Assembly (NCBI GenBank): GCA_046582655.1
Contig: JAYGDX010000307.1
Coordinates: 1 to 48,811, forward strand
DNA length: 48,811 nt
Direction: 5' to 3'
Source: Candidatus Poribacteria bacterium
GTDB lineage: Bacteria > Poribacteria > WGA-4E > UBA9662
Below, one piece after another: positions 1 to 10,655 of the stretch; positions within the stretch are counted from its first letter, which is position 1; the number at the start of each line of letters is the position of its first letter. The notes beneath the pieces were generated by a model, which worked only from the letters and a program-made list of their open reading frames with translations, was not told the DNA's origin and did no database searches. The position numbers and the translations under genes are program-made.

Positions 1-1392
1 TTATTCCCTTGCTTTGGCCTGAAGCCTTGCTCCTTGAACAGCATCTCCAATATGCAAGGTATCATAGGCCTGCTGAGAAGTTTTGAACGGTCCTACATTT
101 GCATGACCATGCCAATCACCTTGATTATGAATAGGGTTCTCAAGGCCAGTTTCCGCTTCGCGTTTGGCGATCCAAGCATTCATACGTTCTGTTAGTAATT
201 CAACAACATCTGGATGGGTTTCAGCTAAGTTATCGTTTTCATCTGGATCATGAATTAGATTATACAGTTCAATTTCAGGTTTGAAATGGAAATCGGGTTC
301 CAGTGCCCTGATCAATTTCCATTCAGGTGTTCTCCACCCATGTTTTCTCATCCAAGTACATTCAGTAAGATAAATCTCGGACTCATGAGACGTTACTTCG
401 CTATTGATCATAGGAATTAAGCTCCTTCCATCGAAGTTAATTCCAGCATCAATTTCCGCTAACTCAAGAATAGTTGGCACTAGATCTTTGTGTTGATTGA
501 AACCTGGCACCCGTTGCCCCGCTGGAATTTTACCCGGATAACGAATAATAAGCGGCACATGCAGGGTGACATCGTAGATACCATGATGGTCAAACCAACA
601 TTCATGATCATAAAGTGTCTCCCCATGATCACCATTGAGAACGACGATAGTTTCGTCTTGGATACCCATTGCCTCTAGTGCATTGAAAATTGACTGAATG
701 CATGCATCCATGTAAGCAATCGCCCCGTCATACTGAGCTATAACATAATCTTTATCCGTAATACCTGGCGGCATCCAAGTAGCAAAGTAATCGCAGAACG
801 GCTTAAAAGTCATCACCGGCTCCATCGACTTATTATTCGGGTCACATTCATCGCCATGATAAAACATACGTTCGTACGGTGCAGGAGGTAAGTAGGGAGA
901 ATGCGGGTCCATGTGTCGCAAAAACAGGAAAAATGGTTGATCTTGACTCGCCATACGTTCCAATTCAGGAATTGCAACTTCATTCAAGCTCTGTGCTTTT
1001 GGGCTTCTTCCTTCCGACCAACTGCCCCAACTGGCTTTGTAATCCAGATAATTGTCAAATCCTCGTGCACTTGGATTACCAGAAAATCCTATACACGCTG
1101 TATCGTAACCTTCGTCATGCAACATTTCAGATAACGTCTTGACTTCAGGACGCAATCCTCCCTTGTGACGTAAAGCAACGACCTGTGTACTAAAAACGTC
1201 CAGTCCTGTTAACATTGAAGCATACGCACCGGTCGTTGGAACATGAGGACAATATGTTTTTTCAAACAGAGTTCCTGACTCAGCAAATCGATCAATATAT
1301 GGTGTGGTTAGACGATGATATCCATAACAACTCATGTGAGTTGCTAATAGGGAATCGACTCCAAAGAGCACGATATTTGGTTTGTTGGCCAT
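1..1392 (-). CDS. Sulfatase-like alkaline-phosphatase-superfamily hydrolase with a non-canonical active-site motif
   Basis: KPNIVLFGVDSL N-terminus, PFFLFLRHMDPHSPY, YDGAIAYMD, GDHGE, HVPLIIRYPG, ELYNLIHDPDE. The nucleophile segment reads TTGAYASMLTG instead of CxPxRxxxxTG. ATG at 1392 (MANKP) chosen over the ORF-track start at 1410; stop at 1-3. Confidence 0.88.
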   Translation of the reverse strand: MANKPNIVLFGVDSLLATHMSCYGYHRLTTPYIDRFAESGTLFEKTYCPHVPTTGAYASMLTGLDVFSTQVVALRHKGGLRPEVKTLSEMLHDEGYDTACIGFSGNPSARGFDNYLDYKASWGSWSEGRSPKAQSLNEVAIPELERMASQDQPFFLFLRHMDPHSPYLPPAPYERMFYHGDECDPNNKSMEPVMTFKPFCDYFATWMPPGITDKDYVIAQYDGAIAYMDACIQSIFNALEAMGIQDETIVVLNGDHGETLYDHECWFDHHGIYDVTLHVPLIIRYPGKIPAGQRVPGFNQHKDLVPTILELAEIDAGINFDGRSLIPMINSEVTSHESEIYLTECTWMRKHGWRTPEWKLIRALEPDFHFKPEIELYNLIHDPDENDNLAETHPDVVELLTERMNAWIAKREAETGLENPIHNQGDWHGHANVGPFKTSQQAYDTLHIGDAVQGARLQAKARE

Positions 1393-1652
1393 AGTTATTT
1401 TCCTGATCAATTACATTTCTCAAAGGTTAAATCTATTTTAAAATCACTAGCAACTAAATCATGTAAGTATACGATAAGAGACTGAAACTCTCCAACAGAA
1501 ATTCTTCAATAGTCTCATGAAACCAATCATTACTATTTATGAAATACCAGTTGTCGTCATCCTTTGTAGATTCCTAAACGTTTTCCAAACCGTTGGGATT
1601 CGAATATGAATTTCTAAAACACTGTAAAGAAAAACTTTGAGGATGTAAGAAT

Positions 1653-2705
1653 ATGGCATCAAAGCCAAATGATAAAGTAAGAATTGCGGTCGTTGGTATG
1701 GGAATTGGTAGACCCAATGGTCAAGCATTAGCAAATAATCCTCGTGGTCAGGTTGTAGCCCTGTGTGACCTGCTTGAAGAACCTATGCAATCTTTCGCTA
1801 GTGACTTGCCTGAACCGGTCAAGTTTTATACTGATTATAAAGAAATGTGTCGCGATGATGAAATCGATGCTGTTTTTGTCGGCACACCAAACCAGTGGCA
1901 TGTTCCTATCGGTCTGGAGGCAGTGCGTAACGGGAAGCATGTCCTGATTACTAAACCACTGGCAGATTCTGAAGATGCTGCAGAACAAATAGTGGAAGAA
2001 GCAGAATCGGCCAATGTGGTTAACATGATGTCGCTTTCCACTCGATTCGATAATGGTTGTCGGTACCTTGGGCTTCAGGCACGTAATGGATATTTTGGTG
2101 AATTGTATTATGCGAGATCGCGCAGTGTCCGTCGAAACGGTATTCCCGCATGGAATTTGGGGTTCATTAAAAAAGGAGGCGGTGCATTTCGCGACATGGG
2201 AGTTCATGTTCTTGACGCTGTTTGGTGGGTTCTTGGAACACCTAAACCGATAAGTGCCCTAGGTACTGCCGGAGCTAAGTTCGGACCATTCGGTCGGGGA
2301 TATGGTTTCGGTCGAGAGTATTCGGAAGAGATTTTTCAGCAGTTTGAGGCAGATGATTATGCAGGTGGTTTTATTACTTTTGAAGGCGGAATCGGTGTAC
2401 AGGTTGAAAGTTTCTGGGCTTCACATCAACCCGACGAATTTCAGATGGAACTCTTCGGCACGGAAGCAGGAGCGAGACTCAGCCCACTGACAATCTACCG
2501 GACACAAGATGACCAGACACAAGACCTGACGCCGGAACTAGAAGAAAAAATGGGGTCTTGGGACAGGATTGCCAACCATTTCATTGAATGTATACTGGAC
2601 GGGACACCTTGTGAAGCCCCTCTCCGACACGGTTTGGTCGTACAAAAGATGATGGAAGCGATCCTAAAAAGCAGCGAAATTGGTGACGCTGTATCAATCG
2701 ATTAA
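1653..2705 (+). CDS. Gfo/Idh/MocA family NAD(P)-dependent oxidoreductase
   Basis: KVRIAVVGMGIG Rossmann start, DAVFVGTPNQWH, GKHVLITKPLA, GGGAFRDMGVHVLD; GAGGA RBS upstream. Confidence 0.93.
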   Translation: MASKPNDKVRIAVVGMGIGRPNGQALANNPRGQVVALCDLLEEPMQSFASDLPEPVKFYTDYKEMCRDDEIDAVFVGTPNQWHVPIGLEAVRNGKHVLITKPLADSEDAAEQIVEEAESANVVNMMSLSTRFDNGCRYLGLQARNGYFGELYYARSRSVRRNGIPAWNLGFIKKGGGAFRDMGVHVLDAVWWVLGTPKPISALGTAGAKFGPFGRGYGFGREYSEEIFQQFEADDYAGGFITFEGGIGVQVESFWASHQPDEFQMELFGTEAGARLSPLTIYRTQDDQTQDLTPELEEKMGSWDRIANHFIECILDGTPCEAPLRHGLVVQKMMEAILKSSEIGDAVSID

Positions 2706-3626
2706 TTAGAATCGGCCGAGGATAGCAATTCGGTGTGCGTTACCGATGTCGGCACTCGGCACAAGGGCATAATCAAACTGGAAGTTGGTGTTGATCAGCG
2801 AGGATCTTCCTTCTCGTCGAAGACCTATACCGGTTGTTAGACCATTCTTTAGATTTTCGCCTTGATTCAGGCTATAACCAATTCGGAAAGCGACTAAATC
2901 ATAGAACCAATACTCAAGGCCTGCATGTACACTTGGAAAATCACCGACCAAAGGATAGTTGACATCACCAACTACTGATAACGCGTTCAAGGGAGTAAAG
3001 GACATACCTGCGCGAACCGTCATCGGTAAGTCTTCTCCAGTATCAAGTAGTCCAAAATGCTGTAGCGACATACCTAACCCCAGAAGGTTTCCCATTGGCC
3101 GCAGAACCATGCCTAAATCGCCGGCAAAACCTAGCGAATTTTCCACACTTAATCGTTGATGAATAAGCTTTGCTGTTCCACCAATTGATATTTCAGGTAT
3201 CAATTCGTAGGCCAAGGTTAAACCGGTTGCAAATCCCCCAACCGTTGCCAGATCGTCTGGTTTATCGGTTGGTTGAGCGCGATACTCAATTTGTGTAAAA
3301 GCACCCTGAAAGCCGATACCGAATGTCATCTTCTGGTTGAGCCGCTGTGCATAACCGATCGCTTGCGAATTGATATCAGCGATAGAAAAGTTTTGCATTG
3401 CTGAAAACTCGCGAAACTCAATTGAGGTCAATCCCGCTGGATTCCAGAATAGCGTATTAACATCATTAGCCAAACCTGTGAATGCGCCTCCCATGGCCAT
3501 CGGACGCGTACCACTGTCAATCTTTAGAAATGCTGCTGCCGTCGTTCCCGCTGCTTCGTGAATCTCGGCAGGCCAAGCGACAGTTGTCACAGTAAGCAGA
3601 AATATAATCAGAAGCCGTTTTTTCAA
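2706..3626 (-). CDS. PorV/PorQ-like (FadL-type) outer-membrane beta-barrel protein
   Basis: Signal peptide, then AAAFLKIDSGTRPMAMGGAFTGLANDVNTLFWNPAGL (PorV-type plug motif), GLEYW...LVAFRIGY, FDYA...GNAHRI and terminal Phe. Start taken as TTG at 3626 (AAGGA RBS 8 nt upstream); the ORF is open to 3656. Confidence 0.85.
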   Translation of the reverse strand: MKKRLLIIFLLTVTTVAWPAEIHEAAGTTAAAFLKIDSGTRPMAMGGAFTGLANDVNTLFWNPAGLTSIEFREFSAMQNFSIADINSQAIGYAQRLNQKMTFGIGFQGAFTQIEYRAQPTDKPDDLATVGGFATGLTLAYELIPEISIGGTAKLIHQRLSVENSLGFAGDLGMVLRPMGNLLGLGMSLQHFGLLDTGEDLPMTVRAGMSFTPLNALSVVGDVNYPLVGDFPSVHAGLEYWFYDLVAFRIGYSLNQGENLKNGLTTGIGLRREGRSSLINTNFQFDYALVPSADIGNAHRIAILGRF

Positions 3627-3722
3627 TTCAAATTTCCTTCTCATGATCAACATCAATTAGTCAATATTAATTTGATTGCTAGTTCCCTAGTATTTACCGT
3701 GCCAAAAAAGAATTGGTACTGA

Positions 3723-6700
3723 CTATTCAACAACGAGAATCTTTCCGATAACGTTTGCACTTTCGTCTCCGCGATCTGCCTCCAGTCGGAAGATATAAAT
3801 CCCTCGAGCAACACGCCTGTTTGAATCATTGTTGAGATCCCATGTGACAATTTGATCTGTACGTCCTGCTTGCATTCTGGGATATTCTTTTTGATAGACT
3901 AGGTACCCGGCAAAATCATATATACTTAGGGTAATATCAACAGTTTCGTTATTAGAAATATTGGGATCGAAGGAGATGTGTGCTATATCACCTTGAGATT
4001 GCCGAAGCGGATTAGGCCAACAATAAGTCTCGTCTTTAAATCCAAGAGAAACAGTAAAATCGACAGTTAACTCTTCGTAGATCTCAGCATTTCCTGCACG
4101 ATCCATAACACGAATATTGAGGACATATTCACCAGAAGTCGGGGGCAGATAATCAATTTCCCAAAGGCTCCAAGGCTCTTGGCTTCCTTGGCTGACATCA
4201 TCTGCTAAAACAGGATCGATATCGAGACCATCTGGGTTTTTACCAACAATCTCCACACTAACAACCCCAGAAGCAGGAATATTATTCTGTGGTGAGTCAA
4301 CAGCTGTTCCGCGAAGTCTAAGCGGGTTCTCTTCAACTTCTGTTTTACCTCGGTCAGTCAATTGAATAACCGGTGGTGCTACCTCATAGAGAAATTCTGT
4401 GGTAAGTGTAGTCGCCGGTTGAAAACCAAGCTTTTCAGGATCCAGGCCAACACTCGTAATAGTGATTTTATACATTCCTTCATCTGTCAGCAAACCAGCA
4501 GATTTAAAGGCAACTTGATCGACACCATCATGAACGACATCTCCCGCAACCGCATTCCCACTCGGAGAACGCACTAGAATCGACGATCTGGCCAAGTCAA
4601 CACCCTGGCCTGCGTCGGACATTTTAGTTGTAATTGATACTGACGCGCCACGTCCAGCAACCGAAGGATAATCCGGATCATTGGCATCTAGAATGAGCGG
4701 CTGTTCATTCAGTGTTAGGCCTGCAATGTCAATCACAGGTGGGCGTGTGTCATAGACAAAACCATATTCAAACACTTTGGACATATTCCCTGCTTGGTCT
4801 TTGGCAGTAACCTGAAGCAGATAGTTACCATCCTGACTCCCATCGCTAGCAAGCGGTTTGGTCAGAATCAGCGAAATGGTGTTGCCCGACTCATCCATTG
4901 ATTCGACTCCGGCGATCTCTGATTTAGATCCGTCAGTAGCCACTTGGAACAGTTGAATATACGCTATCTTGGCGTCTTCCCAGTCAAGACCTGAACTTGG
5001 TTGATCATCGACCAGTGCCACCTGAAGTTCCAGAAGAGAGTTGTTTACGCCTGGGTCAACAACGGTCATCCCAATTGAATCTTCCACAATTTCAGGAATA
5101 ACCGTGTCGTAGATAAAGGTGAAGTTTTGGATCTCGCCTTGGCCTCCATTGCTATTGACAGGAGTGAAAGAAATGGTGTATTGCCCATCGTCAGATCCGT
5201 CTTCCGTTGGTTCCCGAAAAAGCTCATAAACCAAGCGGTCGCCAGATCGCGATTGTCGTCCTGGTATAACCTTGCCATTAGGACCAACCAGTGAAATTGT
5301 TGAGAGGTTGGAATTACCACTATCAAGTTTTAATTCTACCTGATCAAATGCTTCATTCGTAAAAGCTTCTTCAACAGGGGATGTCTTGGGTGTTGTCGAA
5401 ATAACAGATGGTAAATGCATTAAATAAAGAAAGTGATTTTCATTTATCATCGTGTTCCCGGCACGATCTATCAATTCGACCCGAACAGTATGGGTTCCGT
5501 TTTCCTTGAGACCATCAATTTGTAGAGTAAGCTTAGATTGACCATCATGACTGAATTCACCATTAATGGGATTACCATTTTTATCTAGGAGCGTCAACGT
5601 CGTCTGCACAAAATCAATATCGCTATCTCCGTTATCTTGAACATTCGCGACGATGGAAGTAATTGTTTCTCGAATTTCCGAGTTGTTCTTCGGACTAGTA
5701 CTAACCAAAGCTGGTGCTAGTGTGTCGTAGATAATGTGGTGTGAAACTTGTTTTTTATTACCAACTTTATCGATTAAATTAATGACAACAGTGTAGTTGC
5801 CATCATCGGATCCGTTTGTTACCAATGGTTGGTTGAGTGTTAAGAATATCCATTCGCTACCGTCATTTGTGACAGTGGCTAGGATGGGTTTCCCAGATTC
5901 GTTCTGCAATTCAATCTGTTGGCTACCAATTTCAAGCTCTGCTGGCCCCAAATCCTGAATTTGCATGGCAATCTGTGAAATTGGAACGCTGAGGTAAGAA
6001 ACTGGTTGGTTTAGATCTATAACCGTGATAGAAATGATCTCTGGTTCTTGTGTATCGAATATCTGTTTTTGTATCCTAGGTGTTCCCGATCTGCCGAACA
6101 TATCAATCGGAGTCACTGTAATGGTGTATATATCATCATTGGATCCGTCAGTTTCAAGCTGAAGAGGCGTCCACACGACTTGCGTGGACGATCTTGTCGT
6201 TTGGCCATTAACCGCGCCTTGTGACCCTGTTACAGTGATTGAAGAACCGTTTGAAGTGGTATTGAGATTCGATCCGCTCAAGGTTGCAACAACTCGATTG
6301 GGGAATTCTCCGACCTCAATTTTGGATACTGTTGGTAGCGGGAGGTCAAGATTAAATTGATATTCAACCATATGGCTGGTATTTTCAGCATTGTCTTTTG
6401 GGGAAATCCCAATCGTGTACGTTCCAACTTCATGTAGTGTCGAAAATTTGGCCGTGATGCTATCAGATTTATTGCTGATTAGGTTAATTCCGATCACTGC
6501 CCCCTGTGGATTAACTAATTGAACCGTGGTTCCATTCAGATCAACTCCAGTTCCTCCATCAGAGAGGACAATGGTGATACTGTCAAAAGCTTCTTTAACA
6601 ACAACTAGCTGATCTTCCAACTTAATCGGTTTGGTTGTGCCGAGTTGCACCTGTTTAATGGACGGAACAACGGTATCAACAATGAATGCCATTTTACTGT

Positions 6701-9700
6701 CCAAACTGTTTTTGGCTAGATCAACAGCAGAGATTTGAATCGCATATTTTCCGTCAGCAGAACCGTCCCGTGGTAGCTTCTGTTCCAGCACCCAATTGAT
6801 AGCTGATTGTGACTCGTCCACCTCCTGTCGGCCGGCAACTACCTTTCCTGTTGGATCCAGTAGACGTACCTTGGACTGATTGAAATCAATCCCTCTACCA
6901 CTTTGATCTGTCAGGTTTGCTGAAACAGCTTCAAGATCATTGACAGTACCAAAATCTTCTGGTGTTGTCGAAGCTATTTCCGGTTTCTGTGTGCTATACA
7001 GGAACTCGTGGACGAAGCTCGATGCGTTACCCGCCACATCTACGACGTTAACTTGTATCTGATAGGTGCCATCGTCTGAACCATCGGTTTCTAGCATATC
7101 AAATTGGATTGAGGCTTCTTTTTTCCCATCAGTAGTTTGGGTTGTGTTAATTAAGCCACTGTTGGATCCGGACAAGGTGATAGCGGTTTGGGAAAAATCT
7201 ACGCCACTCGAATCGGTAAAATTGACGGAAATTTTGTCAATTGGCGAACTCACCTGCTTTGGATAATTGTTGAGATTTGTCGACGGAGGTTGTGTATCAT
7301 ACTGAAGCTCAAAGGTTTCAGTAACGCTGCTTCCGGCATTATCAGTTGCTTTAACGAGAATCATGTACTGTCCGTCTTGATTCCCAATCTGTGTAAATGG
7401 TTGATCCAGTTGTAACCAGACGTTACCGTTACTATCATGTCCCTGCGTACCGGCAACCACTTTACTGCTCGCGTCTAGTACTTGGATTGAGGATTGGCTG
7501 AAATCAATACCTGTACCTGAATCGGTAATGACGGCTTCAAAACGGTTAATCGGTTGGTTGAAATAGGAGATGTTTTTGGTGGGATCGATAGCAGTAACTG
7601 ATGTGACTACCGGATTTTGTGAATCGTAGCTAATCGAGAATTGGCGTGGGTCGCCGATCATTCCACGCTTATCGATCGGTTGAACACTGACCGTATAGAC
7701 TCCATCATCACTACCATCAGCCAAAAGTGCGGGTGTAATCTTAATAGTAATTTCGTCGACCCCATTGTTGGTGATCTCACTGTCGACCAGTTGACTGCTG
7801 AAATCTCGAAGTTCAACAGATGATCCATCACTTGAGAAATCAAGACCTGCTCCGTTACCATCGATTAATTTAACTGTAATTTGCTTTAATTCTTTTATCT
7901 TCGATCGGTTGGCAGGTGTAATTGAGGCAACACTTGGTGAAGCAATCTCAAGCTCATAGTGAAATTGCTGGACCACACCGACATTGCCTGCAATATCAGC
8001 TAATGTAATGTTGAACACATAAATTCCGGCACTCGTTAGCAAGGCGGAATTGAAGGATATCTTGTTTTTTCCATTGTTTTCAGTCTCACCTTGAATGGGC
8101 GTTCCACCTTGTGTCAGAAGTTGAACGGTTGAAGTTGAGAAATCTATCTTACTTGAAGTATCGACAACTTCAAATTCTACTGAAACCTGATTAGTTGTCA
8201 GTACATTTCGATCCGCAGGCCTGGATCCCTCTGTAATTTTTGGTGCCTGTGTGTCAAATATAACTGGAAAATCCTCAGAAAAACTCTGTCCTGCTACATC
8301 AACATAGCTTACATTCAAGGCATAATTACCATCCGCAGAACCATCCGCAGGCAGTTGATTTTGGACCCTCCACTGCAGTTGCTCAAGACCGTTATTTTCA
8401 ACCGGATTAGCGGCAACTATTTCACCATCGGCATTTTTAAGGATAATCGTCGATTTTGAAAAATCGATTTTAGGCCCAACATAATCCGTTATTTGAGCTG
8501 TAAGGTTCGTAATTTCATTAACCGGATCAATAACATCGGGAACCAAACCAATCACAGGTGTTGTATCGGTGAAGAAAAATGGGATCTTTGTATCAGCACC
8601 AACATTTCCAGCAAAATCAACTGGTGTGACTTCAATCATATACTCACCAGCTTGATTAATCGGTTCGGCAATAATCAAGGCAACCGTTGTCTTTCCAATG
8701 TAACGTACAGTTGCTCCGACCTGTGTGCCGTTGTGAGTAAGTCTGACATTTGTGCTGGCTAGGTCTACTCCACTCAGTTGATCGTTGAGAACAACGAGCA
8801 CTTGGGTCAATGAGGAAACGGTCGTATTTACTGCTGGCGTTGTGGATTGGAGCGCTGGCAGATGAGTGTCATAGATTAGATCAAAGACATCGCTTTGCGA
8901 ATTACCTGCCACATCGGCGTAGTTGAGGTTAACGGTGTATTTCCCATCCTGAGTGCCATCTAACATTTGTAAAGGTTCTGCCAATTGGAATTCAAGCGCA
9001 TCGCCGTTAGCAACAACTGTTCCGTTAATCAGAGTGCCACCTTTTTTAAGGACTAGTCCTGTGGCGTTGAAATCGATACCGCTACCGTTTAGATCACTGA
9101 AATTTGCCGTAATTGTCTCCACAGGTAGATTGGTGTAATCGGCTGGCGAAATTGAGACGAGTTTCGGTTTTTGTGTGTCATAAACAAAGTTAACCTGACG
9201 CTGACTTGTATTGCTAGCTAGGTCTACAGCCGAAACAACAATCTCATAGGCACCATCAGCAGAACCATCGGTCGCTAGGGGGGCAATCAATGCCCAACGG
9301 ATCGTGGTTTCGTTGATTGCTGTTTGCTGGCCAGCCACTTCTCCACCGTTTCGGGTTAGCCGGATTGTCGTATTCAACAGATTCAATCCAACGCTGTCGT
9401 GCAGTACGGCTTCAACATAACTGATCTGAGTCCTAACCCCTGATGTAACAGGACTGTCATTAACCTTGATCTTTGTGATTGCAGGCGCAACAGTATCAAA
9501 TGTAAAGGTTGAGGATGTCTGTATCTTGTTTCCTGCTAGGTCAACACCAGTAATTGCCACCGTATAGACGTCATTCTCGTCAACGGTATCCATCTGGTTT
9601 GTGAGTGAGAACTTTATCTCATTTACAGAGGAATCGAGAGATCCGACGATATTTGTACCGCTCGAATTTTTAAGCGTTAATACTGTTTCGTCAAAGTTAA

Positions 9701-10655
9701 TACCACTACCGTTATCTGACTCGAAGCTGACAACGATCTGGTCGATTGCGGTCTTTTGGTAGGAGCGATTGGCGGGCGTAATTTGAGAGATGGCAGGAGA
9801 TACCGTATCAATCTGGATTTGAGTAACCGGAGAAGTTAAGACGTTGCCTCCCTGGTCCGTTGCCTTGAGTTGAAGCGTATGGTTGCCATCCGTGATCGTT
9901 TGATTAAGTCCATCTTTACCGTTCCACAAAAAAGTGTGATTGCCAGAGATGAGATTTGTCAAGGAAATTGGCGGTCGATTGGTTAGGTTGGCGAATTCGA
10001 GTTCAAGCGCTGTTAGATCTTCAGCAATACTGTATGAAAGCGTATTTATGTCCTGACGACCGTCGCCGTTTGGGGAAAATTGCGTCCGGCTAACGTTAGC
10101 AGAGATTTGAGGGAGTTTCGTGTCGATCACAGCGGAAATCTTAACAGTGTGATCAGGAGTTGGTGGAGTGAATTCGTCATTGCGGAAAAAGTCAATTTCT
10201 ATTTGTATTTCGTATGTTCCATCCTGTAATTGGCGCAACGCCGCATCCTGACTGGAATGGCGATTCCTGCCATCCCATTCATGAATAATAATGCGTTTCT
10301 CTGCCGAATTTGGTGGTCCTGGGCCAAAATCGCCCATTACCATCCAGTCGTCATCAGGTTCGAATTTACCATCCGGTTGACCAACTCCACCGGGACTGTG
10401 CACGTCGATGATAATGCGATATTCACCCGTGGTTCCATCCATGTTAAGTACAACCAACAACTTATCTTGTACCCCATCGCCATTTGGACTAAAAACCGAA
10501 TCTCCATCCATATTATCAATGGTCTGTGGAGGAACTTGAAATCCCTTTTGTTGACCCCAAACAAGCTGATTGAAGATGATAAAAATGATTACACAGAAAC
10601 ATATGGCATTATATATTCGTAGTTTCTGTGGTTTAAAATTCCCAAAAACAGACAA
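3723..10655 (-). CDS. Giant (2310 aa) secreted Ig-like repeat surface protein with FlgD-Ig-like N-terminal modules and a T9SS-type C-terminal sorting-like domain
   Basis: N-terminal signal peptide; two FSPNGDGxQD modules; many ~105-aa repeats (DTxxPxIxSxxP...D..GxGIDF...DGxYxIxVxxxDxAGN); C-terminus YCWPNP...LSIYDFAGYLV...WDL...VARGIYIFRL...GKILVVE. Confidence 0.9.
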   Translation of the reverse strand: MSVFGNFKPQKLRIYNAICFCVIIFIIFNQLVWGQQKGFQVPPQTIDNMDGDSVFSPNGDGVQDKLLVVLNMDGTTGEYRIIIDVHSPGGVGQPDGKFEPDDDWMVMGDFGPGPPNSAEKRIIIHEWDGRNRHSSQDAALRQLQDGTYEIQIEIDFFRNDEFTPPTPDHTVKISAVIDTKLPQISANVSRTQFSPNGDGRQDINTLSYSIAEDLTALELEFANLTNRPPISLTNLISGNHTFLWNGKDGLNQTITDGNHTLQLKATDQGGNVLTSPVTQIQIDTVSPAISQITPANRSYQKTAIDQIVVSFESDNGSGINFDETVLTLKNSSGTNIVGSLDSSVNEIKFSLTNQMDTVDENDVYTVAITGVDLAGNKIQTSSTFTFDTVAPAITKIKVNDSPVTSGVRTQISYVEAVLHDSVGLNLLNTTIRLTRNGGEVAGQQTAINETTIRWALIAPLATDGSADGAYEIVVSAVDLASNTSQRQVNFVYDTQKPKLVSISPADYTNLPVETITANFSDLNGSGIDFNATGLVLKKGGTLINGTVVANGDALEFQLAEPLQMLDGTQDGKYTVNLNYADVAGNSQSDVFDLIYDTHLPALQSTTPAVNTTVSSLTQVLVVLNDQLSGVDLASTNVRLTHNGTQVGATVRYIGKTTVALIIAEPINQAGEYMIEVTPVDFAGNVGADTKIPFFFTDTTPVIGLVPDVIDPVNEITNLTAQITDYVGPKIDFSKSTIILKNADGEIVAANPVENNGLEQLQWRVQNQLPADGSADGNYALNVSYVDVAGQSFSEDFPVIFDTQAPKITEGSRPADRNVLTTNQVSVEFEVVDTSSKIDFSTSTVQLLTQGGTPIQGETENNGKNKISFNSALLTSAGIYVFNITLADIAGNVGVVQQFHYELEIASPSVASITPANRSKIKELKQITVKLIDGNGAGLDFSSDGSSVELRDFSSQLVDSEITNNGVDEITIKITPALLADGSDDGVYTVSVQPIDKRGMIGDPRQFSISYDSQNPVVTSVTAIDPTKNISYFNQPINRFEAVITDSGTGIDFSQSSIQVLDASSKVVAGTQGHDSNGNVWLQLDQPFTQIGNQDGQYMILVKATDNAGSSVTETFELQYDTQPPSTNLNNYPKQVSSPIDKISVNFTDSSGVDFSQTAITLSGSNSGLINTTQTTDGKKEASIQFDMLETDGSDDGTYQIQVNVVDVAGNASSFVHEFLYSTQKPEIASTTPEDFGTVNDLEAVSANLTDQSGRGIDFNQSKVRLLDPTGKVVAGRQEVDESQSAINWVLEQKLPRDGSADGKYAIQISAVDLAKNSLDSKMAFIVDTVVPSIKQVQLGTTKPIKLEDQLVVVKEAFDSITIVLSDGGTGVDLNGTTVQLVNPQGAVIGINLISNKSDSITAKFSTLHEVGTYTIGISPKDNAENTSHMVEYQFNLDLPLPTVSKIEVGEFPNRVVATLSGSNLNTTSNGSSITVTGSQGAVNGQTTRSSTQVVWTPLQLETDGSNDDIYTITVTPIDMFGRSGTPRIQKQIFDTQEPEIISITVIDLNQPVSYLSVPISQIAMQIQDLGPAELEIGSQQIELQNESGKPILATVTNDGSEWIFLTLNQPLVTNGSDDGNYTVVINLIDKVGNKKQVSHHIIYDTLAPALVSTSPKNNSEIRETITSIVANVQDNGDSDIDFVQTTLTLLDKNGNPINGEFSHDGQSKLTLQIDGLKENGTHTVRVELIDRAGNTMINENHFLYLMHLPSVISTTPKTSPVEEAFTNEAFDQVELKLDSGNSNLSTISLVGPNGKVIPGRQSRSGDRLVYELFREPTEDGSDDGQYTISFTPVNSNGGQGEIQNFTFIYDTVIPEIVEDSIGMTVVDPGVNNSLLELQVALVDDQPSSGLDWEDAKIAYIQLFQVATDGSKSEIAGVESMDESGNTISLILTKPLASDGSQDGNYLLQVTAKDQAGNMSKVFEYGFVYDTRPPVIDIAGLTLNEQPLILDANDPDYPSVAGRGASVSITTKMSDAGQGVDLARSSILVRSPSGNAVAGDVVHDGVDQVAFKSAGLLTDEGMYKITITSVGLDPEKLGFQPATTLTTEFLYEVAPPVIQLTDRGKTEVEENPLRLRGTAVDSPQNNIPASGVVSVEIVGKNPDGLDIDPVLADDVSQGSQEPWSLWEIDYLPPTSGEYVLNIRVMDRAGNAEIYEELTVDFTVSLGFKDETYCWPNPLRQSQGDIAHISFDPNISNNETVDITLSIYDFAGYLVYQKEYPRMQAGRTDQIVTWDLNNDSNRRVARGIYIFRLEADRGDESANVIGKILVVE

